Shown here in pieces: positions 1-10,556 of a DNA stretch of 64,000 nucleotides. The notes below the pieces were generated by a model, which was not told the DNA's origin, searched no databases, and saw only the letters and a program-made list of their open reading frames with translations. The DNA is from Actinomycetota bacterium (lineage in GTDB: Bacteria > Actinomycetota > UBA4738 > HRBIN12), in assembly GCA_046330185.1 (NCBI GenBank), contig JAXLTF010000005.1, positions 96,360 to 160,359 of the forward strand, in the 5' to 3' direction. The translations under genes and the position numbers were made by a program. The first letter of the stretch is position 1. Each line of letters opens with the position of its first letter.

Positions 1-266
1 CCGCCTCCGTTCAAGACGAGGATGTCCACCGTGCCGAACGAGGACACCGCCGTTTCGACGAGTCGCGCGACATCGGCATCATCGCGTTGATCGCCAACGA
101 CCCAAGCCGCGTTCAACTCATTGGCGCAGCGCTCAAGATCCTCCTTCTCGTTCGAGAACATGACGAGGTTGGCTCCTTCACGGTGGAACGCGCGCGCGAT
201 GCCGAGGCCGATCCCGGCCGAGGCACCGCCCACGATCGCCGTCTTCCCAGCTAGCTCGAGGTCCAC
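1..266 (-). CDS. SDR-family oxidoreductase, N-terminal part only (gene continues past window start)
   Basis: Minus-strand translation from a GTG near 266 reads VDLELAGKTAIVGGASAGIGLGIARAF..., the Rossmann Gly-rich motif of short-chain dehydrogenases; no stop before position 1; about 10 nt downstream of the ABC ATPase stop. Confidence 0.6.
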   Translation of the reverse strand, partial: MDLELAGKTAIVGGASAGIGLGIARAFHREGANLVMFSNEKEDLERCANELNAAWVVGDQRDDADVARLVETAVSSFGTVDILVLNGG

Positions 267-276
267 AAGTCCTCGC

Positions 277-1458
277 TCACCTGCCCGACGCCGATTCTGC
301 GTCGCGCTCGACCGGCACCACGGTTGCGTTTGCGGCGGACCATGCCACTCGCGTTCTGCCTTCCGTCATCAACGGCAATGCTTCCTTGGGATCGAGGCGG
401 AGCACGGCTGCCTCTCCGGTCTCGAACCGCCCTTGGCAACGAACCGTCTGCCCGTGGTACAAGGCCTGATCGAGAGTCACCTCGATGCCCGCCGAGACTT
501 CATCTACCAACGAGAGCCGCTCGGGCCGGATCACCACGACCACCTCGGCGCCCGCCAGAAGCGTCTGCGGGGCAGCCTGGACCCGCTTCCCTGACGACAA
601 CTCAACTGTGGTCACAGCTTCGTCGCTCGACACAATCGTTCCCTTCAGGAGGTTGGCTTCGCCGAGGAAGCTCGCCGTGTATGCCGTTGCCGGCCGTTCG
701 TACATCTCCTCAGGCGTTCCCACCTGCTCGATCCGCCCGTGCCGCATCAGCGCGACCCTATCGCTGAGTGCAAGCGCTTCCTCCTGGTCATGGGTCACGT
801 ACACGATCGTGGTGCCGAGGTTCCGATGGATGCGCTGGATCTCACCCTGCAAGTTCTGGCGTAGTCGCTTGTCGAGCGCGCTGAGGGGTTCGTCCATGAG
901 CAGGACCGGAGGGCTGTAGACGGTGGCGCGGGCCAGTGCAACCCGCTGTTGCTGCCCGCCTGACAGCTCCCTCGGATAGCGTGCCTCGAGACCCCCGAGG
1001 TGGACTAGCTCCAGGGCCTTCGTCACCCGTGCTCGGATAACGTCAGCTGGTTGCGATCGCCGCTTCAAGGCGAACGCTACGTTCTCAAACACGGTCATAT
1101 GTGGGAACAGCGCATAGTTCTGGAAGACCATCCCGAGGTTCCGGCGGTGTGCAGGCCGACCGGTGATGTCCTTGCCGTCGAGTACGACCCGCCCGCTCGA
1201 CGGCGACTCGAACCCCGCGACCATCAACAACGTTGTGGTCTTGCCGGATCCGCTCTCCCCCAGGAACGTGAGGAACTCCCCAGCCTGAATCTCGATGCTC
1301 ACATTCTGAACTGCCGCTACATCGCCAAAGTCCTTGCTGAGCGAGATGAGCGTCAGCGCACCTTGACGGACATGCGACCCGGAGGATCCCCCGGCGACTC
1401 GGGATACTGGGGTCACCTCGGAGTGGCCCTTCTGCGAGACAGGTCCCGAGTTAGTCAT
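277..1458 (-). CDS. ABC transporter ATP-binding protein (PotA / Fe3+-type importer ATPase with C-terminal TOBE-like domain)
   Basis: 393 aa; Walker A GESGSGKTT, signature LSGGQQQRVALARA, Walker B LLMDEPLSALD; start overlaps the upstream permease stop (ATGA). Confidence 0.85.
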   Translation of the reverse strand: MTNSGPVSQKGHSEVTPVSRVAGGSSGSHVRQGALTLISLSKDFGDVAAVQNVSIEIQAGEFLTFLGESGSGKTTTLLMVAGFESPSSGRVVLDGKDITGRPAHRRNLGMVFQNYALFPHMTVFENVAFALKRRSQPADVIRARVTKALELVHLGGLEARYPRELSGGQQQRVALARATVYSPPVLLMDEPLSALDKRLRQNLQGEIQRIHRNLGTTIVYVTHDQEEALALSDRVALMRHGRIEQVGTPEEMYERPATAYTASFLGEANLLKGTIVSSDEAVTTVELSSGKRVQAAPQTLLAGAEVVVVIRPERLSLVDEVSAGIEVTLDQALYHGQTVRCQGRFETGEAAVLRLDPKEALPLMTEGRTRVAWSAANATVVPVERDAESASGR

Positions 1459-2297
1459 GCCGGAACCTTCTCAGGCGTCGGCACGGCCCGTGGTCCGGTC
1501 GTCTGGACATGAGTTGCACGCAGCAGGGCCCACCGCGTAATCAGAGCGATCCCGCCGATTACGAGCGTTGCGGCGATGACGAGCGATCCGGCTACCGGAA
1601 CCAGCGGGTCCAACTCGTACCTGATGCTGTTGTAGACGCGAACGGGCAGTGTGGGCTCGAGGTCACCGGTCAGGAACAGTGAAACGACGGTCTCATCGAG
1701 CGACAGGATCAACGTGATCACAACGGCTGCGACCATCGCAGGTGCGATGAGCGGGAGCGTGACCAATCTGAAGGCGGTCAGCCTGGAGGCTCCCATGGTT
1801 TGAGCCACGAGTTCTAGTCGATGGTCAGTGGTCCGCAGACTGGCTCCTACCGTGGTAACGACGTAGGGAAGCGCCAAGACAGCGTGGGCGCACCCGAGGA
1901 GCCAGACCGACCCAACGAGATCGAGCCGGAGGGCGATGAGATAGGCGCCGACAGCGAAGACGATGCTTGGAACGATCATCGGCAGTAGGAGGACGCCAAA
2001 GAGAGCTCCCTTGGCCCGGAACCGTCCACGCACGAGCGCGTATGCCGCAGACGTGCCCACCGACAAGGCGATCAGGGTCGCTATCACTCCAACTCGAGCG
2101 CTCAGCAGCATGGCGCCCGTCCACTCAGGATCAGAGAAGATCGTCCTATACCACTGTGTCGACCAACCCGGTGGCGGGAACTGCAGGAACGGGCTGGAAC
2201 TGAACGACATCGGGACCACGATGAGCACGGGCGCTAGGAGGAAGACGACGACGAGGACCGAGAATCCGACCAACCCGCGTCTAACCACCGTCTGCAC
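1455..2297 (-). CDS. ABC transporter permease (PotC-like)
   Basis: Multi-TM ORF downstream of the second permease; start moved to an internal GTG (V31, or V34 at 2288) to avoid a ~100 nt overlap; the upstream ORF portion is R/S-rich and unlikely to be real. Confidence 0.7.
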   Translation of the reverse strand: MQTVVRRGLVGFSVLVVVFLLAPVLIVVPMSFSSSPFLQFPPPGWSTQWYRTIFSDPEWTGAMLLSARVGVIATLIALSVGTSAAYALVRGRFRAKGALFGVLLLPMIVPSIVFAVGAYLIALRLDLVGSVWLLGCAHAVLALPYVVTTVGASLRTTDHRLELVAQTMGASRLTAFRLVTLPLIAPAMVAAVVITLILSLDETVVSLFLTGDLEPTLPVRVYNSIRYELDPLVPVAGSLVIAATLVIGGIALITRWALLRATHVQTTGPRAVPTPEKVPA

Positions 2298-3183
2298 CTG
2301 GCTGCAGCCGATTGCTGACGCGATAGAGGACGGCGAAGAATACGAGCGCCATCGCGAGCAGCACGACCGCGATAGCGGTTCCCTCACCCCAATCCAGGGT
2401 CGTTTGAATCTTGTCCGCGATCAGCTCCCCAATCATCACGTCCCCAGCGCCGCCAAGGATGGACGGGAGGACGTAGTACCCCAAAGTGGCGATAAAGACG
2501 ATCGTGCAGCCGGCGGCGACTCCCGGCATGGTTAGCGGCAGGTAGACCTTTGCGAAGGCTACCGACGGTCGAGCCCCGAGCGTGGCGGCTGCATAGCGAA
2601 GGCGCTCATCGAAACGTCTCATGACGTCGTAGATGCTCAGGACCATCAGCGGTATCCCGTACTGAATCATTCCGATCACAACGCCCTGGATGTTGTGAAC
2701 GAGGGTTACCTGCCAACGTTCCAGACCCGCAGCGGACAAGGCGCTGTTGAGCACACCCTGTCGATCAAGGATCGTGAGCCAGGAGTAGCCGCGAACGACC
2801 ACGCTGATGAACAAGGATGCTGCTACGCAAGCAAGGATCAGCGTACGGATACGCCTGGACGACGTGGCGGCCACGTACGCGACGACATAGCCGACGATGA
2901 GCGAGATTGCCGTCACGAGGAAGGCAACCCACGCGCTCCTCGCGAGAATCGTGAGCTGGCCACGGGAACCAAGAAACGACCTGTAGTGGACCAAGCCTCC
3001 AGGTGGCTCCGTGAAGCTCCGTGTCAGTAGCGCGGCCGTCGGAAGAAGGAACAAGGCACCAATGAGGACCAGACTTGGGACCAAGAGCCACCCGATCGAC
3101 GAGCGTCGCCGCCGTGCCGGGTGCTTGTGGGGATCGACAGGTCCCCGAGAGCGAGAGTCGTTCCCGTTCAGCTCTCCAATCAC
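2281..3183 (-). CDS. ABC transporter permease (PotB-like)
   Basis: Multi-TM protein with EAA-like loop; GTG start at 3183 overlaps the substrate-binding protein stop TGA (GTGA). Confidence 0.7.
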   Translation of the reverse strand: MIGELNGNDSRSRGPVDPHKHPARRRRSSIGWLLVPSLVLIGALFLLPTAALLTRSFTEPPGGLVHYRSFLGSRGQLTILARSAWVAFLVTAISLIVGYVVAYVAATSSRRIRTLILACVAASLFISVVVRGYSWLTILDRQGVLNSALSAAGLERWQVTLVHNIQGVVIGMIQYGIPLMVLSIYDVMRRFDERLRYAAATLGARPSVAFAKVYLPLTMPGVAAGCTIVFIATLGYYVLPSILGGAGDVMIGELIADKIQTTLDWGEGTAIAVVLLAMALVFFAVLYRVSNRLQPGADGG

Positions 3184-4364
3184 GCTCCGACCCACTCGTA
3201 CCACGCATCCGAGACCGAGTTCAGGTTTGCCCCCCACCAGTCATCGTCGATCACGCCCACAGTCAGCCCGAGGTTGTCTGGGTTCGTGGACATGAGCGTC
3301 TTGGTCGTATCGTCAAGCAGGTCGTAGGCCTCCTGCGTCGGCGGAGCATTCAGGGACGCAGTTGCGTATGCGGCAAGTGCCTGAGGGTCGTAGCACGCCT
3401 TTATCCACTCGACGCAGAGCTCCGGCCGCGGCTGATTCTTCGAGATCAAGTGGTGGGTGATGATCTGCAAGTTCTGACCCCACTGCAAGCCCACCGGGAG
3501 GCCACCGGCTGCAAGGTATGCGATGCGGTTGTGCCACGCTTGGATGAAGTCAACCGTGCCGGCCACCAAGAACTGCTGCGACTCGGCACCAGAGTTCCAG
3601 AACACGAGGTCGTCGCGAATGGAATCGATCTTGTTGAACGCTCGATCGAGGTCCAAGGGATAGAGATCCTCGTACGCGACGCCATCGGCGATAAGTGCGA
3701 TCTCGACGGTGCCGTACGGCCAGTTGAAGAGCGACCGCTTCCCGGCGATCCCCTTCGTGTCGAAGAACTCGACCCAGTCTCGCGGAACCTTGGCGTCAGC
3801 ATCGGTCCGATGGCCGATTGCGTACGCGCTGTGGTACGAGATGAGTGCCTTCGGGAGGTATGCGTTCGCCACAGGGATGACGTCGCTCTCGGTGACGCCA
3901 ATCTCGTCATACGGAAGATCCTCAAGCAACTCGTCCTCGGCAAAGACGAACCAGCCCTCGGCGTCGATCCAGTTCCACGTAACGTCGTCGCTCTCAATCT
4001 GTGCCACGAACTTGCCGTAGTCGATGGCCGTGTTCTCGACAGGGACCCCCGTGTTCTCGGTGAACTGCGCTCCCCAAGTCTGGAGGCGCACGGTCGCCGT
4101 GTTGCCACCCCAGTCCGCCACGATGAATGGCTGAGACGTGTCGAAGCCGCTTGTCGCTCCGGATGGCCCGGATGCTGCCGTCGCACCAGTCGCACCGGTC
4201 GCGCCCGTCGTCGGCTCGCCACCTCCGTCGCTGCTGCAGGCAGCGAGGATCGCGCCGAGGAACGGGGTCGCGGCAACAGCCGCAGATTTCCCGAGGAACC
4301 CACGCCGAGAGATCCTGAGATCCTCGAGGTCATCCAGACTGTAGGGCTTCGACGGATCGGTCAT
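3180..4364 (-). CDS. ABC transporter periplasmic substrate-binding lipoprotein (PotD/PotF-like) with Tat signal
   Basis: Start at M23 gives MTDPSKPYSLDDLEDLRISRRGFLGKSAAVAA...LAACSS (twin-arginine motif plus lipobox); preceded by a GGAGGGGGAG ribosome-binding site; (TGA)n-encoding linker TGATGATGATAAS. Confidence 0.8.
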   Translation of the reverse strand: MTDPSKPYSLDDLEDLRISRRGFLGKSAAVAATPFLGAILAACSSDGGGEPTTGATGATGATAASGPSGATSGFDTSQPFIVADWGGNTATVRLQTWGAQFTENTGVPVENTAIDYGKFVAQIESDDVTWNWIDAEGWFVFAEDELLEDLPYDEIGVTESDVIPVANAYLPKALISYHSAYAIGHRTDADAKVPRDWVEFFDTKGIAGKRSLFNWPYGTVEIALIADGVAYEDLYPLDLDRAFNKIDSIRDDLVFWNSGAESQQFLVAGTVDFIQAWHNRIAYLAAGGLPVGLQWGQNLQIITHHLISKNQPRPELCVEWIKACYDPQALAAYATASLNAPPTQEAYDLLDDTTKTLMSTNPDNLGLTVGVIDDDWWGANLNSVSDAWYEWVGA

Positions 4365-4675
4365 GCTCCCCCTCCTATCGCCGAACAGGGCAGGCGGCCC
4401 GGCTCCCCCAGAACGGGGGATTTCTAGCACTGTTCAAGAAATCTTTCAAGTGGCTCAAGTCCCGACTCGCCAGACGGCCCCCAGCGAGGTGGTTGAGTAG
4501 CATGGATGCCCCATGGCGTGGTTGCCTGAGTTGCGGGCCGAGAGCCGTGTGCGCGAACGGCGGGCCGTTCTTCCCAAACAGGCGGTTCCACTACCGAGTA
4601 CGAGTTGTCCGCCTCCGGGAGATGTACATGAGCTACGGAACGCACAGCTGCCGATGGGGAAGGCGCTTTCGCTAG

Positions 4676-4903
4676 CTAGGAGAGGTAGGCCTCCAGGTCG
4701 TCAAGACCGCCACGAGCGCGGTTGATCATGACCTTCGCGCACCTCTTGCAGTACCCCTTCTCCCCTTGAGCGGGGCCGGGGTTCTTGACGACGAACCGGA
4801 GCTGCCCCTTGGCGATCGCGTGATTCTTGTTGTGCGCGCACTTCGATGCGCGCCCCGCCGGCCGCACCTCTAACTTCAACAGGACCGATCGGATCGCGCT
4901 CAC
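4676..4903 (-). CDS. hypothetical small protein (75 aa) with a Cys/His motif (C..H..NH...CxxC)
   Basis: ORF whose start overlaps the stop of the upstream 186-aa ORF by 4 nt; basic protein; no family recognised. Confidence 0.3.
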   Translation of the reverse strand: MSAIRSVLLKLEVRPAGRASKCAHNKNHAIAKGQLRFVVKNPGPAQGEKGYCKRCAKVMINRARGGLDDLEAYLS

Positions 4904-5460
4904 CCGGGGAGCCTCGAGCGAAGGTCAGCTTCTACTCCGTCGGCGATCTCGTCGAGCCTGGGCACGACTTGCTCCAGCTCTTCGGACGAGAGCTCCCGCC
5001 GCTGGCCGCTGTCGATCCCCAGGTAGTCGTTGATCGCTCGGTTCATTAGGACGGTGACCGCACCGAGGTTGTTCGCCGCACCAGTTCCTCCGAGCGACGC
5101 AATCCTCTGGCCACCGATTCGCTGGCCCAGGGCATCGCAGATGCGGTTCGCAGCGGACTGTGTCTGCTCCCGGAGCCGCACTCGCATCTCCTGGCGATGA
5201 ACCTGCGGCTGGACTGGAAGGCGCATAGGCTCCTGCGGACCGGCTGACGCTCGCGCCGTAACAATCCGCCTGCGAAGCTCATCCCGGTCGAGCCCGAGAG
5301 CAACGAGATCGAGGCCCTGCTCTCGCATGACGGTCAGCGCGTTGTCGATCAGCGTGTCGTCGCTCGGATCAAGATACGGGTCCGAGATGAACCGATCGAT
5401 GATTTCGCGGGAGACGTTCATGTCCGGGTCGGAGCCGACGGCGCGTTTCACGTTCGCCAA
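4900..5460 (-). CDS. hypothetical protein (186 aa), co-oriented directly downstream of the helicase
   Basis: ORF with balanced composition; begins 7 nt after the helicase C-terminal ORF ends. Confidence 0.4.
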   Translation of the reverse strand: MANVKRAVGSDPDMNVSREIIDRFISDPYLDPSDDTLIDNALTVMREQGLDLVALGLDRDELRRRIVTARASAGPQEPMRLPVQPQVHRQEMRVRLREQTQSAANRICDALGQRIGGQRIASLGGTGAANNLGAVTVLMNRAINDYLGIDSGQRRELSSEELEQVVPRLDEIADGVEADLRSRLPG

Positions 5461-5466
5461 TCGGTG

Positions 5467-6747
5467 TCACATCCCCGGCGTCGAGCCACCCTGCGACGAG
5501 TTCGGTCGCCTCGATCGATCTGGCTTGAAGGCCCCAGCGCGATCGACATTGAGGCCGACATGGCTGACGACCACGCCCTGGTTGTCGGGGTGGCCCGGCG
5601 CGTTCTGGACGTTAACTCGCATGATCCGGCCTACGAACTGGATGTACGGGCTCAACGACCGGAACGGGCGGAAGATGGCTGCGACGGAGAGCGGCGGATG
5701 ATCGAATCCTTCACCCAGCATCTGCACCTGCACGATCGCATCGATCCGACCGTTCGAGAGGTCGAGCAAGATGTCCTCGCGTTCGTTGGGCGGCATCCCC
5801 GAGTGAATCTCGCGAGCCTCAAGGCCCCGCTCCTGGAAGGAGCTCCGCACTTCACGCGCGTGATCCATCGAACAGGCCACCGCGATGAGCTGGTGCGGGG
5901 TCCCCGTCTCCCGGAGGTAGCTCAGCCACTGGATAGAGGCATCCGCGATCGAGACGTTGCATTCGCGCGCCAGAGCCACGCCGCGTGAGAACCAGTCCTC
6001 CTCGCGGAGTTCGAGGACTTCCTCGAGCGTGATGCTGCTCGTCGCCCTCGGTACGTGAAGTAGATCTCGGACGGCACGACGTTTACTGCTCGATGTCTCG
6101 ATGTAGCCACGCTGCATCGCGTCACGGAAGGGGGTACCGGTAGATCACCTCGCCCTCGACGGTCGATCGTCGGAACGGAACGGTGTCGCCGAGGCTGAGG
6201 ACACGCGCCTCAGGGAACCGATTGAACACATTCTGCCAGCTCGGTGCCGCGTTGTGATGACCTCAACCACAACGATCAGATCGAAGAACCCGTCCTCGAA
6301 CTCGGGCAACCACCGGTCCGCCCGCGCGGCCAGCTGGTGGATGTTCGTGACGACGACGTGCGCATCGTCACAGTCGGACAGGTTCGCGTCGGCGTCGAGA
6401 GACGCGACGAACGGCCCGTCGGTAAGGTCGGTGAGGGCCCCGACCTTCCGGTAGAAGCACCCCTGGCTCGTTACGTCGAGCGCATCGCGGAGTTGCCGCT
6501 TGATGGTGAGATTCGGGGCGATGACGAGGACACGGCCGCGGGCGATCCTGAACGGCAGCAGGGTAATCAACCCTGTCTTGCCGCACCCAACTGGGATCTG
6601 CTCGACTGCTCGATGGCCCCCGTCGCCGAAGTGTGCCCTGGCGGCCTCGTACCCCCCTACCTGGGGGATCCGAAGGTTGACATTGCCCGTGATCCGGACG
6701 GGGGCCTCGCTGAAGAATCGCGCGACCTGATCGTTGCTGAGCGCCAT
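5467..6747 (-). pseudogene. SF2 DEAD/DEAH-box helicase (type III restriction ResIII-like) split by a frameshift near 6117-6145
   Basis: N-terminal ORF (start M159 of track ORF 6145..7221) has Walker A VGCGKTG, VLVIAPNLT, HVVVTNIHQL and DLIVVVEV at the DExH position, then turns to junk. The C-terminal ORF 5467..6117 carries the helicase C domain (IHSGMPPNEREDILLDLSNG, QMLGEGFDHP, motif VI QFVGRIMR). The two ORFs are in different frames, 28 nt apart. Confidence 0.6.
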
Positions 6748-6949
6748 GCCTAACACGATACGCCGGGGCACCGACGCCAGCAGCAAACGGATCGTTGCTG
6801 CACTTCGTCCGCGTTCCCAAATCAGCCGATTCCGTTCCGAACGCCCCGGTCGCAAGCGTCTGACCTGGTCGAATGGGGTTGTCTGCAAGCCCCACTCCGG
6901 CGCGCCGGCGGCCGCCCGATGATAGCGGACGTCCTCTGGTCCCCCGTCC

Positions 6950-7423
6950 GTGGGACCATCAGCACGGATGCGCCGGATGCTCGCGCTCGTGATGCTCGCC
7001 TCGCTGGCGGCCTGCGGTGGAGATGAGCCGTCGACGCCGTCGACCGCGCCGGACCATATCGTCCGGTTCCCCGGAGCCGGGACCGCGCTCCACGTCCGCG
7101 TATCCGACTCGGATGCGGAGCGGGCGCAAGGCCTGATGGGTGTGAACGACCTCCCCTCCGACGAGGGCATGGCGTTCGTGTGGGAGGAGCCGGTCGAGAG
7201 CACCTTCTGGATGAAGGACACCCCGATCCCCTTGTCGATCGCGTTCGTTGGCGCCGATGACCGGATCGTGACGATCGCGGAGATGGCGCCGTGCCGATCG
7301 GACCCGTGCCCGACGTACGCGGCGGACGCGCCGTTCGTGCTGGCGATCGAGGCGAACCGGGGCTTCTACGCCGACGCCGGCATCGGTGAGGGCGATCGGG
7401 CGCTCCTGGAGACGGCCTCGTGA
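6950..7423 (+). CDS. DUF192 domain lipoprotein
   Basis: Signal plus lipobox MLASLAACGG; DUF192-like blocks RAQGLMG, GMAFVWEE, FWMKDTPIPLSIAFV, PC..DPCPTY, FVLAIEANRG. Confidence 0.65.
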   Translation: MGPSARMRRMLALVMLASLAACGGDEPSTPSTAPDHIVRFPGAGTALHVRVSDSDAERAQGLMGVNDLPSDEGMAFVWEEPVESTFWMKDTPIPLSIAFVGADDRIVTIAEMAPCRSDPCPTYAADAPFVLAIEANRGFYADAGIGEGDRALLETAS

Positions 7424-7734
7424 CCGAGGCCTGCCTGCTCTGCTCGGCCGAGAGGTTGACCGACTGGCTGCACGAGGACGACGACTGCTGGGTCGCCGAG
7501 TGCGTCGTGTGCCGCACCCCGATGGTGGTATGGCGGACCCACGGGCTCCCGGACGCCGAGCTCGAGGCCAGCCTGGTGGCGCACCTGGAGCGGATCGCGG
7601 CCGAGCGGTACGGCGACGGGGGGTACTACGTCGACCCCGAACGACGCCGCATCCCGGACCACTGGCACGCGCACGCCAGGCCGGCCGGGGGGTTCTTCGA
7701 CCCGGCGAGCGACCTGTACGGGCGGTACGGCTAG
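7420..7734 (+). CDS. small HIT-like (histidine-triad-like) protein
   Basis: 104 aa; N-terminal CLLC and C..C pairs as in zinc-binding HIT proteins; C-terminal DHWHAHARP matches the H-phi-H-phi-H triad; start overlaps the previous stop (ATGA). Confidence 0.35.
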   Translation: MTEACLLCSAERLTDWLHEDDDCWVAECVVCRTPMVVWRTHGLPDAELEASLVAHLERIAAERYGDGGYYVDPERRRIPDHWHAHARPAGGFFDPASDLYGRYG

Positions 7735-7768
7735 CGTCCCGAGGACGTCACGGTCACGTGGCGATCCG

Positions 7769-8098
7769 GTGACGGGCCTTCCCCCCGGGAGGCTCCGGGG
7801 CGATGCTCGGCGCGTGGACGCGACGATGAGCCTCGCGATGGCCTTGATCGGCGCCGGCGCCGTCGTTGCGGGTGCCGTCGGGTTCGTGCTGCCGGTCCGG
7901 GAGCGACTGGCGGGCACCGTGCTCGCGCTCGTGGCCGGCGCCGGCGCCGGCGTGGCCGCGCTCGCCATCGGGTGGAACGGACTCGACCCCATGGACGGCG
8001 CCGCCTGGGAGCGCGCCTTCTTGATCGCGTCGGCGGTCGGCTTCGCGGCGGTCGTCGCTTGCCTGGCGATCGCCTGGCGGCGTCGCGACCGGAGCTGA
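7769..8098 (+). CDS. hypothetical membrane protein (true start may be the internal Met near 7823)
   Basis: Three hydrophobic helices (AMALIGAGAVVAGAVGFVL, VLALVAGAGAGVAALAIGW, FLIASAVGFAAVVACLAIAW). Confidence 0.4.
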   Translation: MTGLPPGRLRGDARRVDATMSLAMALIGAGAVVAGAVGFVLPVRERLAGTVLALVAGAGAGVAALAIGWNGLDPMDGAAWERAFLIASAVGFAAVVACLAIAWRRRDRS

Positions 8099-8129
8099 GG
8101 GCCCGGTCTATCCTTCCCGCATCGACCGT

Positions 8130-9260
8130 CGAGAGACGCCGACCTCCCTGCCGTCGTGATCAGCGCCGGCCAAGCCGGCCTGGCGACGAGCCACGAGCTC
8201 TCCGCCGCCGGGGTCGATCACGTGGTGCTGGAACGCGACCGGGTGGGCTCATCCTGGGGCCGGCCTGTGGGACAGCTTCCGGATCAACACGCCGAACTGG
8301 CCCATCCGGCTGCCGGGCGCCACCCGACGACGACGAACCCGACGGCTTCCTGAGCCGGGCGGAGATCGTCGATCACCTCGAGCGGTACGTCGCGCGGTGA
8401 TGCCGAGGTCCGCCGAGGCGTGGATGTCTCTTCCTGGAGCCCGCTCGCGACGGGTTCGTCCTGGACTTCTCCGACGGACCGCTGAGGACCCGGGCGGTCG
8501 CCGTCTGCACCGGCGCGTACCAAGCGGCCTACATGCCACTGGCGCCGATGCTCTCCGCGGCTGGACCTCCCGGTGCTCGACACGCGCGCCTACCGGAACC
8601 CGATCCCTGCCCGACGGAAGGGTGCTGATCATCGGGAGCGGGCAGTCCGGCCCCCAGATCGCCGAGGACCTGGTCGGCGCCGGCCGCGACGTGATCGTGT
8701 CGTGCGGCAAGGCCCCGTGGGGCCCTCGACGGATCCGGGACCAGGACGTCGTGTGGTGGGCGATCGAGACGGGGTTCCTCGCTCAGACGGCGGCGGAGCT
8801 CCCATCTCCGGTCGCGCGTCTGACCGCGAACATCACCGCGAGCGGCGTCGACGGCGGCCTCGACCTCCATCTGCGGACGCCTGGGACCAGTGTCGCGCTC
8901 GCGGGCCACCTCGTCGCGGTGGATGGGACCCGGGTGCGCTTCGCGGACGATCATGCAGGAGAGCGTCGCCTGGGGCGACGCCCGGTACCTGGATCTCCGC
9001 AGGGACGTGATCGCGCTCTGTGACGGGCGGCGGCTCCCGGTGCCGCCCTGCCGTTCGACGATCAAGGGTTCCCCCGGCAAGTCAACGGTGCCAGCAGCAC
9101 GGCGCCTGGTCTGCTCTTCGTCGGCACGCACTTCCTCCGCAAGCGTCAGTCCTCGCTGCTCTACGGCGTCGGGGAGACGCGGCGATCGTGGCACGCGGGG
9201 TCGCCGGATCGGCCCCGCGGGGGTGCATCGCGCCGGTCGAGGCGCAGCGCGGGGCCGCTC
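8130..9260 (+). pseudogene. flavin-containing monooxygenase (CzcO/ArsO-like NAD(P)/FAD oxidoreductase) disrupted by multiple frameshifts
   Basis: Family motifs are spread over all three + frames: [28 protein letters not shown]; [19 protein letters not shown]; [17 protein letters not shown]; AVCTGAYQAAYMPLAP; VLIIGSGQSGPQIAEDLVGAGRDVIVS; GLLFVGTHFLRKRQSSLLYGVGE; GVGRDAAIVARGVAG. Confidence 0.6.
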
Positions 9261-10556
9261 GGCCCCGACGCCGCGCCGCCGCGGACCTTGCCGGCGACCG
9301 GGAGCGCTCCAAGATCACGACCGCCGTCCTTTCATGCGGACGCCTGGCGTACCCGTCCAGGCGTTCCGGGTCTCGCGCCAACGCTGCCACAACCGCTCGC
9401 GCTCCCCCACTTCGCGGCTCGGCCGAGAACCTCGCGCCGCACCCCGCCGGCGAGCTCCACGCACGCCGCCGGGTTGGCCTGCAGGTTCAGCCACCAGGCA
9501 GGCTCCGCGCGCCCCAGCTGCCATCGCCATCGAGACCAGGTTCGGTCCGTCCTCGTAGTAGCCCACGATCACGCTACGCGGCTCACCGCTGCGCTGACCG
9601 GTCGTCGTGAGTCGCAAGGCCCCACTCCTGCCCTGGACGTAGGTGTCACAGGCCCCTGCGTGTCCCTTGGTCGCCCGCACGAGCCTCCGGTGGACGCCAG
9701 AACGACACCATGAACCACCGCGGCGGCAGGCGACCCTTGCCCGTGTCTCTCACCGTGGTCGCATCCCTCATCTCGCTCACCTCGTTCCACCTCACCGAGA
9801 TCGTTCCATGGCTGGCCCGCTCGCCCCAGGGTCTCCTGTCCCACCCGGCCCGGGTCACCCGGGCATCCCACGTCGGTTCACCGCGGGATCGAGCCCGCCT
9901 CCGCCCGGGCGCCGCTCACGATCCGGAAGGCGATCGGTTCGGGCGCGACGGGACCCTGATCGAACGTCTCTGCGCCCGAGAGCCCTCCTCCCCTCCCGCA
10001 CGTGTCTCGGGAGGATGACCTCACGCGCACTTCATGTTATGGTTCGTGCATGAAGTGTTACTTCAGTCGGGGCTCGGATGGATCGAGCCGAGGCCACCTG
10101 GGAGGTGGACGCATGCATGGGATGACGGCCCAGGCGTATCGGTGGGGCTACGGCCGCTTCGGCGGACGGAGCGAACGGCCCGTCGCGGGACGCCCGCGGC
10201 TCCGGCCCGCCGCCGGTCGAACGAGCGCCCGCCCGTGATCTCGGGGGCGGGATCGATGGTCCCGGATCTCGGAGTTGCTCGCGGTCGGGCGCTCCGGCCC
10301 GCTGGGTGGTCGGGGACCCCGAGCTGAGTGGTCGCACGAGTGGGGGTGGAGGATCAGATGGCGAAGTTCGAAGGAAGGGTAGGGCCCGGCGGCGCGGCAC
10401 GGTATCGGACGCCGTCGCCTCGTGGCGACCGGCCCGCTCATGGCGACCGGCGGCCGCCGATGCCCGCGTTCCCCGCATCGCCCCGGCAGGCGCTCCGACG
10501 CTGCCGGCCATCAAGCCGAAGGCTGCCTGAGCGCGGGTTCCGCGGCCCGACGTGGA

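Noticed and set aside
121-919. Plus-strand ORFs 121..594, 324..767 and 485..919
   Set aside because: Antisense to the ABC ATPase and SDR genes; R/S/P-rich.
4676-4903. 75-aa ORF as ribosomal protein L28, L33 or L36
   Set aside because: Compared with remembered L28 (SHSHRRT...CxxC), L33 and L36 motifs; spacing and residues do not fit. Left as hypothetical.
9315-9680. 121-aa minus-strand ORF (..SVIVGYYEDGPNLVSMAMAAG..) as a gene
   Set aside because: A short protein-like stretch but no start context or recognisable family; it overlaps the decayed FMO region. Mentioned only as a possible remnant.
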